Virus record (IMG/VR): IMGVR_UViG_3300021171_000016
Location: 1-50,851 of that record
Reading direction: 5' to 3' (one strand)
Source: a virus
Taxonomy: Duplodnaviria > Caudoviricetes
Length of the DNA stretch: 50,851 bases
Part shown: positions 43,278-50,851 of the stretch, piece after piece
Position numbering within the stretch: the first letter of the stretch is position 1
Layout of the letters: each line of letters opens with the position of its first letter
Position numbers and translations under genes: made by a program
Notes under the pieces: generated by a model
Told to the model about the DNA's origin: nothing
The model's database searches: none
What the model saw: the letters and a program-made list of their open reading frames with translations, nothing else

Positions 43278-43549
43278 TATCTAACCTCCGTTACCGTGAT
43301 GTTGTGCATCTTGAAGAAGTCCGCGTTTGACACAACCCGCGCATGGAGAGGCAAGTGCCGCTCGGTTCGCTCTCGTGGCAAGAGGCGAATGTTGCGCTTG
43401 ATAAACATCAAGGCAAGAAGTTCTTCTGTCCAATGTGCATTTATGTAAGCTGGTGTGAGGTGCCAGTCCGCCAGCGCAATCTCGTAAAGCGCTCCTACTG
43501 ACGCGCTCTCACTACCTTGGTCACTGCTTCGAGTTGCGCCAAAAAAGGG
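43277..43549 (-). CDS. Tail assembly chaperone -1 frameshift extension (gpGT-like)
   Basis: The -1 frame from the slippery site CCCTTTT is open (FGATRSSDQ...ALYEIALADWHLTPAYINAHWTEELLALMF...TEVR) to a TAA overlapping the TMP ATG. Confidence 0.8.
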   Translation of the reverse strand, partial: PFFGATRSSDQGSESASVGALYEIALADWHLTPAYINAHWTEELLALMFIKRNIRLLPRERTERHLPLHARVVSNADFFKMHNITVTEVR

Positions 43550-43884
43550 AACGCGACGGACATAATCGACGAGAACGCCAGAGCAAGTTGCTCTTCGGTT
43601 GCCTCCAACATGATCTTATCTTTGGGAAGGTCGGGGGCATAGCTGAATACCATCTCACAAAGCTTCTCGGGAAACTTTGTTAGCGTGGCGATGAGGCCTG
43701 CGGAGATGCGCTTGTCAGTGGGTGTGTCTTGATAACCGGAAAGAATGGCGGAGAACTCAGCGCTCATCGTCTCGCGCCATGCCATCTGCGGCGTAATGGC
43801 GAGCGGCGTGATGGAATACTTCTCCGAGCCGAGCGTGACTTCAAAGGGTGCCTTAGAAAGGATTTGTTCTTCGGTGCGGTTCAT
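43495..43884 (-). CDS. Tail assembly chaperone (gpG-like)
   Basis: 129 aa between the major tail protein and TMP. Ends ...VAFPFLAQ over the slippery site. Confidence 0.8.
   Translation of the reverse strand: MNRTEEQILSKAPFEVTLGSEKYSITPLAITPQMAWRETMSAEFSAILSGYQDTPTDKRISAGLIATLTKFPEKLCEMVFSYAPDLPKDKIMLEATEEQLALAFSSIMSVAFPFLAQLEAVTKVVRARQ
43543..43549 (-). promoter_or_regulatory. Programmed -1 ribosomal frameshift heptamer C CCU UUU
   Basis: XXXYYYZ in the correct phase (TTC CCT TTT TTG). Confidence 0.8.
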
Positions 43885-43909
43885 TGGTCGCCTCGTGGTG
43901 AAATGTTGT

Positions 43910-43935
43910 GAGGCGACTGCTGCTACAGTCGCCTC
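43910..43935. other. 10-bp perfect hairpin upstream of the chaperone
   Basis: GAGGCGACTG-CTGCTA-CAGTCGCCTC. Confidence 0.5.
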
Positions 43936-43946
43936 GGGTTCAAAAT

Positions 43947-44135
43947 TTACAGCGTTGCAACAGCCGTGTTAATGGCCGTGTGCGCCTTGGCTGTCAGCGC
44001 GGCAATCGCGGCCTTCGATTCGGTATCGAGGACAGTCGCCTCTTTGACAAACCAAGACTTAATCTCCCGACAAATCGCGGGACAGAACACACCGACCGCA
44101 ACGCCTGCGGCCATGAAGACTACGGGTTCGAGCAT
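43947..44135 (-). CDS. Small membrane protein
   Basis: VVFMAAGVAVGVFCPAI. AAGGAG RBS. Confidence 0.6.
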   Translation of the reverse strand: MLEPVVFMAAGVAVGVFCPAICREIKSWFVKEATVLDTESKAAIAALTAKAHTAINTAVATL

Positions 44136-44157
44136 GAGGTTTCTCCTTAAATGTTAG

Positions 44158-44184
44158 GGAGTGCGAGGCTTTGCCTCACACTCC
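44158..44184 (-). terminator. Hairpin after the major tail gene
   Basis: Minus strand GGAGTGTGAGGC-AAA-GCCTCGCACTCC. Confidence 0.55.
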
Positions 44185-44191
44185 GGGTTGA

Positions 44192-44767
44192 TTAGCTGCC
44201 CGACTGGAATACATCGTAGATCTTGAACAGGACCGTCCCGCTGATCTTGCGAGCGTCGAAGGTTACGGGGATGATGACCTTGTCCTTGCGGGTCATCTTC
44301 AGCGTAACTGCGGCCATCGCGATAGCCTTCTGCATGATGACGACGCGGACGAGGTTCGTCCCTGGCGCAGGGCCTTGCACGCCGACCATCGTATACTGCA
44401 ACGGCAACGAACCCACGGTCACGGCTTCGTACTCGTTAGCAATCAAGTCATTGAACAATGACGAGGCCGAGATAGCCGCGTTAAGGTTGGCCAGAGTGGC
44501 CTCGGCCAAGTGTGCCGAGACTACGAACTTTTCTTTCTCCAGGATGTCGAGAACAGGGGCCGCTTCCTCGTCAACCGTAATCTCCTTGATGGTCGGCGTG
44601 TAGGTCAGGTCGATGCCCGAGTCCGTGTATCCAACAGCGACCCAGGGGGCAAGCCAAACAACCGGGTTCTCTCCGTGTTGATCGAAGACAGGTTGAGCCG
44701 TGCCCAGAGGTGCGATGTATATCAACCCAGGCCCGGCGACTACGTTTGTTGCATTCGGTTCACTCAT
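44192..44767 (-). CDS. Major tail (tube) protein
   Basis: NVVAGPGLIYIAPLGT, WVAVGYTDSGI and LAEATLANL. Siphovirus tube pattern and position. Confidence 0.85.
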   Translation of the reverse strand: MSEPNATNVVAGPGLIYIAPLGTAQPVFDQHGENPVVWLAPWVAVGYTDSGIDLTYTPTIKEITVDEEAAPVLDILEKEKFVVSAHLAEATLANLNAAISASSLFNDLIANEYEAVTVGSLPLQYTMVGVQGPAPGTNLVRVVIMQKAIAMAAVTLKMTRKDKVIIPVTFDARKISGTVLFKIYDVFQSGS

Positions 44768-44812
44768 TTAATTCTCCTTTGTTCGGGTCGCCGCTGGGCT
44801 AACCGGATTTTG

Positions 44813-47290
44813 TTATACCGCTGTCATGTTAAGTTTGTTCCAAGTTGCGGAGCCCGCTGCCCCTGTCACGCTGCAGAAGTACACGAGGCCGCTGAAATAG
44901 ATGAGCTGACCAGCCGTGCCCGCCGTTCCCGCTGAAGTCGGAGCACCCGCCGAAGCTGCAAGTAGAAGAGTCTTGAGGTTCAACTCCCCGCTGTTGTCAC
45001 CTTGTGTTCCATTGCCTACGGCAAGTACGGCTGCCGCTGTACGACTCAAACCCGTGTCAATTGATCCGGAGAAGATGCTTGTTGCACTTTGCCAATGTAT
45101 CGGCATTCCCGAACCAAGCAGCAGACCAGCTATGTTGATCTGAGCGACAGTACCAACATCCATAAAGGAGCCAGCGGTTATTGCTGCTGTCGTGGTGACC
45201 GAGGCCGCGCTGATTGCTCCTGTCGTGTTCGCGGTTGGCAACGCTCCAGACGGAGTGACCGATCCATTGTCAATCCAGCTAGTGGCTGTCTGGCCAACAA
45301 CGGTAGCCATCAATAACTCAGCACCCGTGCTGCGTCCGTATACTTTGTAGCCAGTCGCACCTAACACTCCACCCCAATTGACAGTCGTAATGTTGGTGGA
45401 TGTGCCAGCCGGGACGACAATGCTTGTCTCGGCGTTGGCAAGAGAGTTGCCAACCGAATCATACGCAGCAACTCTATAATAATAAGTCGCTGGTGTAAGC
45501 GTGCCGCCTGTCGTTGCCGTGGTGTTGACGCTCGTCGCAGGCGTCCCTAACTGACTGACTATAAGATCAAATGCTGAAACCGGAGCAAACAACGCAGCAG
45601 CCGCCGGGTTAAGTGTCAAGATAGCCGGAACCGAGGCCGCAGCAACCCCATCACTCAAAGCAAAGTTAAGCTGGCCAATCAAGAAACCATTTGTACTCAG
45701 ACTATTAACCGTGACGTTGAAAAACGCAGCCAAGGCTTGTGTTGAATTCGCCGAGCGTGCATAAAAATTATTAGAACCAACAAAATCTCCGGCTTGCACA
45801 GCGAGTGGGGAGCCCACAGTTCCACGCTGACGGTAATACTCTATGTATGGATAGAGAAAGCTTGTGTTGCTGTACCAGTTGAGTAGAAGTCCATTGGCTA
45901 CTGATCCGTCAGTCTGAAATTCGGGGGCAGTAGCAATCCCTGAAAACGTCGGTGAGGCCTTCGGAGCCAACAACGCTTCTGCTGTCTGCGCTCTGGTTTT
46001 CTCTACCCCGACTGCAGAGTCAGCATAGGCTGTGCTCGCTGCCACGACGGAACTGGTTAAAGCCGTAGCTGTCGGAACCTTCACGACTACTGCCGTCCCA
46101 CCAAGGCCAGCCGAATTGGATAGATCAAAAGTCGCCTGACCCGACCCTCCCAAGTGAAACAATGACCAGACGCTTGCCGGATTTGCTCCAGCAGCGAGTT
46201 GATTGAGAAAACCCCATGCCTCCTCTACTGAGGTGCTGCCGTTCCAATAGTTTCCCTCGGTGACAATGGCGGGGCAGATGACGTTAAGTCCTGCCGTCGC
46301 AAGAATCTTGTTAACAATCGCAAAGGTCGGACCAACTGAGCCTGGATGACCTGCGAAGCATAGTGATAAATTTGTCGAGTTAATAGTGCCTGTGCCATCC
46401 GAACTAACATGAGTGCCAAGAATAACCGACAACATTGCACTTGCTAGGCCCGTCCAGTAGGTGCCATCAAACTCAAGCGCTGGCGGATCTTGCTGCTGAG
46501 TATTAGTTGATGGAGTATTGTTTTCGACGAGCACGCCGCTGGTAAAGACATTGTTCGGAACACTGCCAATCGCATTATCGACGATGACAACCGGAGCCGT
46601 AAAGTTTGGACTAACCCGAGGCGCAAGCAATGCTTCCGCTGCTTCTGCTCTAGAGGTCTCGGTTCCCTCTGCGGTTTCGGCTCTGGTAGTCTCGGTAGCA
46701 ACTGCGGCTGTCGAGAAAGTTTCCGCCGTCGTGATTGCCTCGACAATGTCGGTATCGAGTTCAGCTTCCGCTGCTTCGGCCCGTGCGACTTCGGCGGCGA
46801 CTAATCCTGCAACGTACTGCGCGACGGTCTGACCGTCCTGCGTCTGCACATCCTCAGTCAGGGTGTTGTTCGCACTCGCGAGAATCTGATAACGTCCATG
46901 ACAGCACGCCCAGCCCGTGTCCGGGTCGGAGCTATCTTGCGGAGCGGTGACCTCCATACAGCGGGTGACAAGGCCAAGCATCCCGAAGCTTTGATTGGTT
47001 GCGCCGTTGAGCAGGTCTTGGATGGCGCAATACACGGCCCGCGCCTCGATGTAGTTCTCAACATCGGCCCACACCTTAACCGTCTTGATGTCGTCAACGA
47101 AGCTCTGAAAGTCGGTTTGTGGGATTCCACCCGAGCCGACGATCTGGATTGCAGGGCCAAGCGACGGGTCGAAATGTTCTGGCAGATCTGGGCCGCAGTA
47201 GACGCTGCTGTTCGCATTCGTTCCGAGCAGCGAGGTAATCGCTGTTGAAGCGAGCAGCCAATTGCGAATGAGGATGTTAGTGTCAACCAT
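44813..47290 (-). CDS. Tail terminator/completion domain fused to a long fibre (coiled coil, beta-rich, FN3-like)
   Basis: aa 1-140: LLASTAITSLLG...VKVWA...AIQDLLNG...DPDTG, typical of tail terminators. Then E-x-x-RAE-x-AE coiled coils, LAPKASPTFSG and TYYYRVAAY...GATGYKVY. Confidence 0.7.
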   Translation of the reverse strand: MVDTNILIRNWLLASTAITSLLGTNANSSVYCGPDLPEHFDPSLGPAIQIVGSGGIPQTDFQSFVDDIKTVKVWADVENYIEARAVYCAIQDLLNGATNQSFGMLGLVTRCMEVTAPQDSSDPDTGWACCHGRYQILASANNTLTEDVQTQDGQTVAQYVAGLVAAEVARAEAAEAELDTDIVEAITTAETFSTAAVATETTRAETAEGTETSRAEAAEALLAPRVSPNFTAPVVIVDNAIGSVPNNVFTSGVLVENNTPSTNTQQQDPPALEFDGTYWTGLASAMLSVILGTHVSSDGTGTINSTNLSLCFAGHPGSVGPTFAIVNKILATAGLNVICPAIVTEGNYWNGSTSVEEAWGFLNQLAAGANPASVWSLFHLGGSGQATFDLSNSAGLGGTAVVVKVPTATALTSSVVAASTAYADSAVGVEKTRAQTAEALLAPKASPTFSGIATAPEFQTDGSVANGLLLNWYSNTSFLYPYIEYYRQRGTVGSPLAVQAGDFVGSNNFYARSANSTQALAAFFNVTVNSLSTNGFLIGQLNFALSDGVAAASVPAILTLNPAAAALFAPVSAFDLIVSQLGTPATSVNTTATTGGTLTPATYYYRVAAYDSVGNSLANAETSIVVPAGTSTNITTVNWGGVLGATGYKVYGRSTGAELLMATVVGQTATSWIDNGSVTPSGALPTANTTGAISAASVTTTAAITAGSFMDVGTVAQINIAGLLLGSGMPIHWQSATSIFSGSIDTGLSRTAAAVLAVGNGTQGDNSGELNLKTLLLAASAGAPTSAGTAGTAGQLIYFSGLVYFCSVTGAAGSATWNKLNMTAV

Positions 47291-47669
47291 TGCGCTTCTT
47301 CACTTCCGCTGCGAGATTAACTATTGTTTCTTGGAATGCCGGGAAGATGTAAGGTCGTGCCGCCATCTTCGCCGTACCATTTTCGAGATAGCCGCCATAC
47401 CCAGACTGCGTGAATATCTCCGCATGAACACCTTCGGCGACTCGTGTCACCTCGGTGTCGATGGAATTCCTGTTGAGGCCCGTGTGGTGATACTTCTGCG
47501 AATCCGGTAACGTGTCCTGCCGTGGCGTGGTTGGAGGTGGAGGCGCGAGTTCTTTCGCCCGCGCCTTCATGTCGATTTCAAAGATTGTTAGGGTCGCGCT
47601 GAAGACCGCTTCCTGCATCTTCGCTCTCGCTTCAGCGGTGCGCAACGTGACTTGTACAACCTCATCCAT
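47283..47669 (-). CDS. HK97 gp10-like tail completion protein
   Basis: AKELAP...TGLNRNSI...YGGYLENGTAKMAARPYIFPA. Confidence 0.8.
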   Translation of the reverse strand: MDEVVQVTLRTAEARAKMQEAVFSATLTIFEIDMKARAKELAPPPPTTPRQDTLPDSQKYHHTGLNRNSIDTEVTRVAEGVHAEIFTQSGYGGYLENGTAKMAARPYIFPAFQETIVNLAAEVKKRNG

Positions 47670-47670
47670 C

Positions 47671-48051
47671 TCAATTCTCCAGGTATAATTCACACCACAC
47701 TTCAAGGTGATGACCCGTTAAGCCTGGGTCGTCGATCTGAAATATCTGATACTTCTGCGGAGCCGGATAATCTTTACTCGTGACGAGAAGCCAGTGGTGC
47801 GGTCCGAGCGGCGTGTTGTCGGCTGGGTTATACCAGGGCCGCATGAACACACACTTGTAATTAACCGCGATCTTTTTCCCTGTCTTCCACTCTCGGGCAC
47901 GTCCCTTGCCGAGAGAGATGCGGCAAGGGACGCCTGTCGCGAGCGTCTGGAAAGTTGGATCGCTGACGCCATAAGCGTCTGCGTTGTTTCCCGCGTCACG
48001 CGACAAGACCGAAGCGAGGCCAGTCAACTGAGCATCGAAAGGATCAAGCAT
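47671..48051 (-). CDS. Head closure (stopper) protein
   Basis: DAYG...GVPCRIS...KYQIFQI...HHLEV. Position in the connector cluster. Confidence 0.7.
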   Translation of the reverse strand: MLDPFDAQLTGLASVLSRDAGNNADAYGVSDPTFQTLATGVPCRISLGKGRAREWKTGKKIAVNYKCVFMRPWYNPADNTPLGPHHWLLVTSKDYPAPQKYQIFQIDDPGLTGHHLEVWCELYLEN

Positions 48052-48298
48052 CTTGCTTCTCCTTTGTTGCCTTCGCAATACCTGCGGCTAGTCCATTGGC
48101 GAAGGCCAAGGCCCGCGTAATTCGTAACAGCTCTTCGAGCCGTCCGTTGACACTCACTTTAACTTCGGCAATCGCCTTGCCGTGTTCTGTGAGGGTCTGT
48201 TGGTTCTTGCGAGCAAGGAAGAAGGAAATAATTGACCACGCCGTAGGTACACTCGCGGTCACACAGGCCGCTGCAATAATCCCTACTTCATGTTGCAT
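48044..48298 (-). CDS. Small membrane protein (holin-like)
   Basis: N-terminal hydrophobic GIIAAACVTASVPTAWSIISFFL, then EVKVSVNGRLEELL. Confidence 0.55.
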   Translation of the reverse strand: MQHEVGIIAAACVTASVPTAWSIISFFLARKNQQTLTEHGKAIAEVKVSVNGRLEELLRITRALAFANGLAAGIAKATKEKQDA

Positions 48299-48750
48299 TA
48301 GAGTTCCGTTCTGAGCACCCAATTGCGGATGATCGTTAGCTCGTTAAAGCCAGAGGAATTGTCTTCGATGTAACCCCAGGCTGGCATCTCATTAATAGCT
48401 GTGCGGAATCCGTCGGCCAGCGCTTTAATCTGCGTGACCTGATCTTTGCCCGTCAGCTTGTAATCGCCGATGGAAATCGTCTGACCTGCCGTGCCGCTTG
48501 CGACCCGCGCAGCGAGCGAATCCAGGGCTGTGCCACACGCCATGAATAAAACTTCGTTCTGCATGAGCGATGGCCCGTAATAGCCGACTTGGTTCGGTGC
48601 GCCGATAGGTCCAGACATCTGGGCAATCGTAAGGTTGAGGACCATGTTTAGCTCCTCGTCCTGAAAGTTCGCGCCTGCCAAGGTAATATCCCCGAGCAAG
48701 AATCGCATCTTGCCCAGGGTTGTCAGACCAAGGTCGTAGGTGAACGTCAT
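48298..48750 (-). CDS. Head-tail adaptor protein
   Basis: MTFTYD...KMRFLLGD...FQDEEL and TISIGDYKL. Confidence 0.75.
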   Translation of the reverse strand: MTFTYDLGLTTLGKMRFLLGDITLAGANFQDEELNMVLNLTIAQMSGPIGAPNQVGYYGPSLMQNEVLFMACGTALDSLAARVASGTAGQTISIGDYKLTGKDQVTQIKALADGFRTAINEMPAWGYIEDNSSGFNELTIIRNWVLRTEL

Positions 48751-49595
48751 GCTGGACCTTGACCTTCCAAGGTCGTAGAGGTCGTCACGTTGCCAACAGC
48801 GAGAGTTGCTGGCAGGCCCGAGTTGGTGTTAGGTGAGCTTCCGTCGAGTGGTTCGACAATGCCAGCGAGGTTCGTATCCGTCAGACCTGCGCCGATGCCG
48901 CTCCCAACTCTCGCTTGGCCTGCGGTTGCTGCGGGAAGCCCTGCGTTGGTGTTCGGTGAGCTTCCGTCAATCGCGAGCAAATCCGAAGCAACGACAACAG
49001 GATTCGTCACAACAGGTGTAGTCGTCGCGTTCTGTTGCAATTGATCGAGTCCGGTTCCTTCCGTCGCCACGCCGAAGAGTGTCGCGGTAGGGATGCCAGC
49101 GGGTACGGCAATGTTGCTATGAATGCCTGCGACCTCCTGATCCAACTGCGGCACGGTTGTGGTAGCGGGGGTCGTGGTGACCGTCGCATCTGCATAGGTC
49201 GAAGCAGCAATCCCAGCCAGGGCAAGGCCAGCGCCCGTGCCGGATTCGTCGGAAGTCAAGCCGTCATCGGTGAAAGGTCCAGTCCCAGGCGAATTCGCAT
49301 AGAGCAGACCGGAGTTCACGTTCGGGCTCGGGCCGTCAATCGCCATGAGGATATGAGTCTTCAAAGGCGCGGCGACGGTGTTGTCAGTCATCGTGCTTCC
49401 AACCACGCCTCCGTAGGTGGATTGATTGTTTGAGATACCCGGCGAGCCTCCGTCAACAGCATCGACAGGAACGGTCGTCGGATTCTCGGCGCAGCCGGAA
49501 TCGTGGAAAGTCGCGCCTGCGCAAGTGAACACGCCACTTGAGACTTGCGTCCCAGAATAATTCGGATTGCCAAGATTAGGTGAGCCTTGTGGCAT
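48747..49595 (-). CDS. Thr/Gly/Ser-rich low-complexity protein with DGxSP repeats (possible head-surface protein)
   Basis: 282 aa with only one Lys and one Arg. Repeats AVDGGSPG, AIDGPSPNVNSGL, AIDGSSPNTNAGLPA and PLDGSSPNTNSGLPA. AAAGGAG RBS. Confidence 0.65.
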   Translation of the reverse strand: MPQGSPNLGNPNYSGTQVSSGVFTCAGATFHDSGCAENPTTVPVDAVDGGSPGISNNQSTYGGVVGSTMTDNTVAAPLKTHILMAIDGPSPNVNSGLLYANSPGTGPFTDDGLTSDESGTGAGLALAGIAASTYADATVTTTPATTTVPQLDQEVAGIHSNIAVPAGIPTATLFGVATEGTGLDQLQQNATTTPVVTNPVVVASDLLAIDGSSPNTNAGLPAATAGQARVGSGIGAGLTDTNLAGIVEPLDGSSPNTNSGLPATLAVGNVTTSTTLEGQGPA

Positions 49596-49625
49596 ACGTT
49601 TCTCCTTTGGTTTGTAAGTTTGAAG

Positions 49626-49653
49626 CAGGGGTCAAGCAGGTTCTCCTGACCCC
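49626..49653 (-). terminator. Hairpin after the capsid gene
   Basis: AGGGGTCA...TGACCCCT inverted repeat. Confidence 0.45.
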
Positions 49654-49673
49654 TCGATCCAACTTGCAACCGA

Positions 49674-50851
49674 TTAAGCTCCCGCGTTGAATACTGCGTA
49701 GCGCGGATCGACAACGGTTCCGCCGAAGACGTGACGAAGTCTCCAGTTGATGCTGTCCGACTCAAAGTCACCTTCGAGGGGCGACATGGAAGCTCCACCA
49801 AGCGTGAGCTTGTTGGGGTTTCTCATGCACAGTTCCGGCGTCTCGTGACCACGCAGGAAGTTGATTCGCGCAGCGTAGCCGCCGTTGGTGCCAGCCAGAC
49901 TCGCGAACAGGTACCAGCCCGTGTTGCCGTTCGTGGTATCCACGATAGGCAGGTAAGGGTTGACGTGTCCCGTGATGTTGAGCATCGGGATGGTGTTGCT
50001 GGACGAACGAATCTGCGCCTTGACGCCCGCAGTCGAATCGCCTCCGCTCTGGATGATGTTCGCAGGATTCAAAGCCTGCAGCATCGGGATTTCCAGGGCA
50101 GGTGGAACCACCAACTCGAAGCCGTCGAACATGACGGGCTCGCCATCCGGGTCAGTGAAGCGTCTCATCTGACTCGCAACCGACCCGAGGGTCGTGATGG
50201 AGAACGCCGAGCCTGCGCCCGTGTTCTTGTTGTTGATGAGTGCGCCGTCAATCGGATGGGCCAGGGCCGTTCCGAAGAGTGACGTGTTCCCACCACCAGC
50301 AGCCGCTGCGTAAAGCTGGGTCGCGTACTTGTACTCGGTACGAACTGCAGCCTTGCTCAGACGTTCGGAGATGTCCGAGAACGCTCCGAGGTCGTCGTTG
50401 ATGACAGCTTCCCACGCCAGACCAAACTGTCGCCCGTACTTGGCGAGGATGATCTGGACCTTGCCATCTGCGAGGTTGCCGTCCTGGGGATACTCGGCAC
50501 GCAGCGACACTTGCTGCAATTGACCCTGCAAACCGTACACACCCAAGACCCACTGAGGACGGAAGTCGTTCTGAGTTCCGGTCTTGATGTAATCACGCCA
50601 GTCAGGCGTAATTGCTTTGTATTGAGCGTAGAGCGAACGCTCAAGAACCGTGCCAAACAGGTACGGGAAGTCGGCGGTTGACTCGGCTTCATGCATAAGG
50701 TATGCCCGCGTATTGCTGGACATCCCTTTCTTGTTGGTGATCAGATCGAGAAAGCCGACGAGCTTCTCGTCGAAGTGCGCGATCTTTTTCCCAGCCCCAG
50801 CCGCTGTGATGCCTAGCTTGGCACCTTCAGCCATTACTTCCAAAACATCTT
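49674..50851 (-). CDS. Major capsid protein (Mu gpT-like, HK97 fold); start lies across the join at position 21
   Basis: ESTADFPYLFG, KYGRQFGLAWEAVINDDLGAF, LVVPPALE and GDFESDSINWRLRHVFGG. Confidence 0.9.
   Translation of the reverse strand, partial: DVLEVMAEGAKLGITAAGAGKKIAHFDEKLVGFLDLITNKKGMSSNTRAYLMHEAESTADFPYLFGTVLERSLYAQYKAITPDWRDYIKTGTQNDFRPQWVLGVYGLQGQLQQVSLRAEYPQDGNLADGKVQIILAKYGRQFGLAWEAVINDDLGAFSDISERLSKAAVRTEYKYATQLYAAAAGGGNTSLFGTALAHPIDGALINNKNTGAGSAFSITTLGSVASQMRRFTDPDGEPVMFDGFELVVPPALEIPMLQALNPANIIQSGGDSTAGVKAQIRSSSNTIPMLNITGHVNPYLPIVDTTNGNTGWYLFASLAGTNGGYAARINFLRGHETPELCMRNPNKLTLGGASMSPLEGDFESDSINWRLRHVFGGTVVDPRYAVFNAGA
50838..50851. repeat. Terminal near-direct repeat, right copy
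   Basis: 13 of 14 nt identical to 1..14. Confidence 0.85.

Noticed and set aside
36987-47290. Diversity-generating retroelement or invertible tail-fibre cassette
   Set aside because: No reverse transcriptase or invertase, and no near-identical template/variable repeat pair noticed. The tail repeats are ancient and visible only at protein level.
1-50851. Stop-codon reassignment
   Set aside because: Genes are intact in the standard code, and TAA, TAG and TGA all terminate well-supported genes.

Overview
The window appears to be an essentially complete, circularly permuted ~50.8 kb tailed dsDNA phage genome of siphovirus type (major tail protein, tail chaperone with -1 frameshift, tape measure, no sheath). 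The two ends overlap by 14 nt with one mismatch, inside the major capsid gene. There are two arms. The minus-strand late arm runs from terS at ~8.3 kb leftwards through the join and down to ~30.8 kb: terS, terL, portal, MuF with a toxin-like C-terminus, protease/scaffold, cement, Mu gpT-like capsid, connectors, tail, a glycosyltransferase/methyltransferase cluster and lysis genes. The plus-strand early/replication arm spans 8.7-30.7 kb: Prim-Pol/AAA helicase, N6-adenine MTase, SNF2 helicase, SSB-like protein, HD, DUF5664 and MazG-like nucleotide hydrolases, a T5 A1-like nuclease, family A DNA polymerase, a PD-(D/E)XK nuclease, many small ORFs and a clan GH-A glycoside hydrolase. I see no integrase, CI-type repressor or CRISPR array, so the phage is probably lytic. 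An Acidobacteriota host is suspected, by inference only. The most notable items are: (1) a late-operon cassette of three paralogous GT31/Fringe-like glycosyltransferase domains, a GT2 domain and a methyltransferase next to a Gly-X-Thr collagen fibre, a candidate virion glycosylation system; (2) an unannotated ~144-nt expanded tRNA-like RNA heading the nucleotide-hydrolase/A1 module; (3) a MuF-fused ADP-ribosyltransferase-like domain, probably released by the head protease; (4) a Tlde1-type endolysin with a double-anchored spanin-like partner; (5) a tail-terminator domain fused to a long fibre. All family calls come from reading motifs by eye; no database searches were run.
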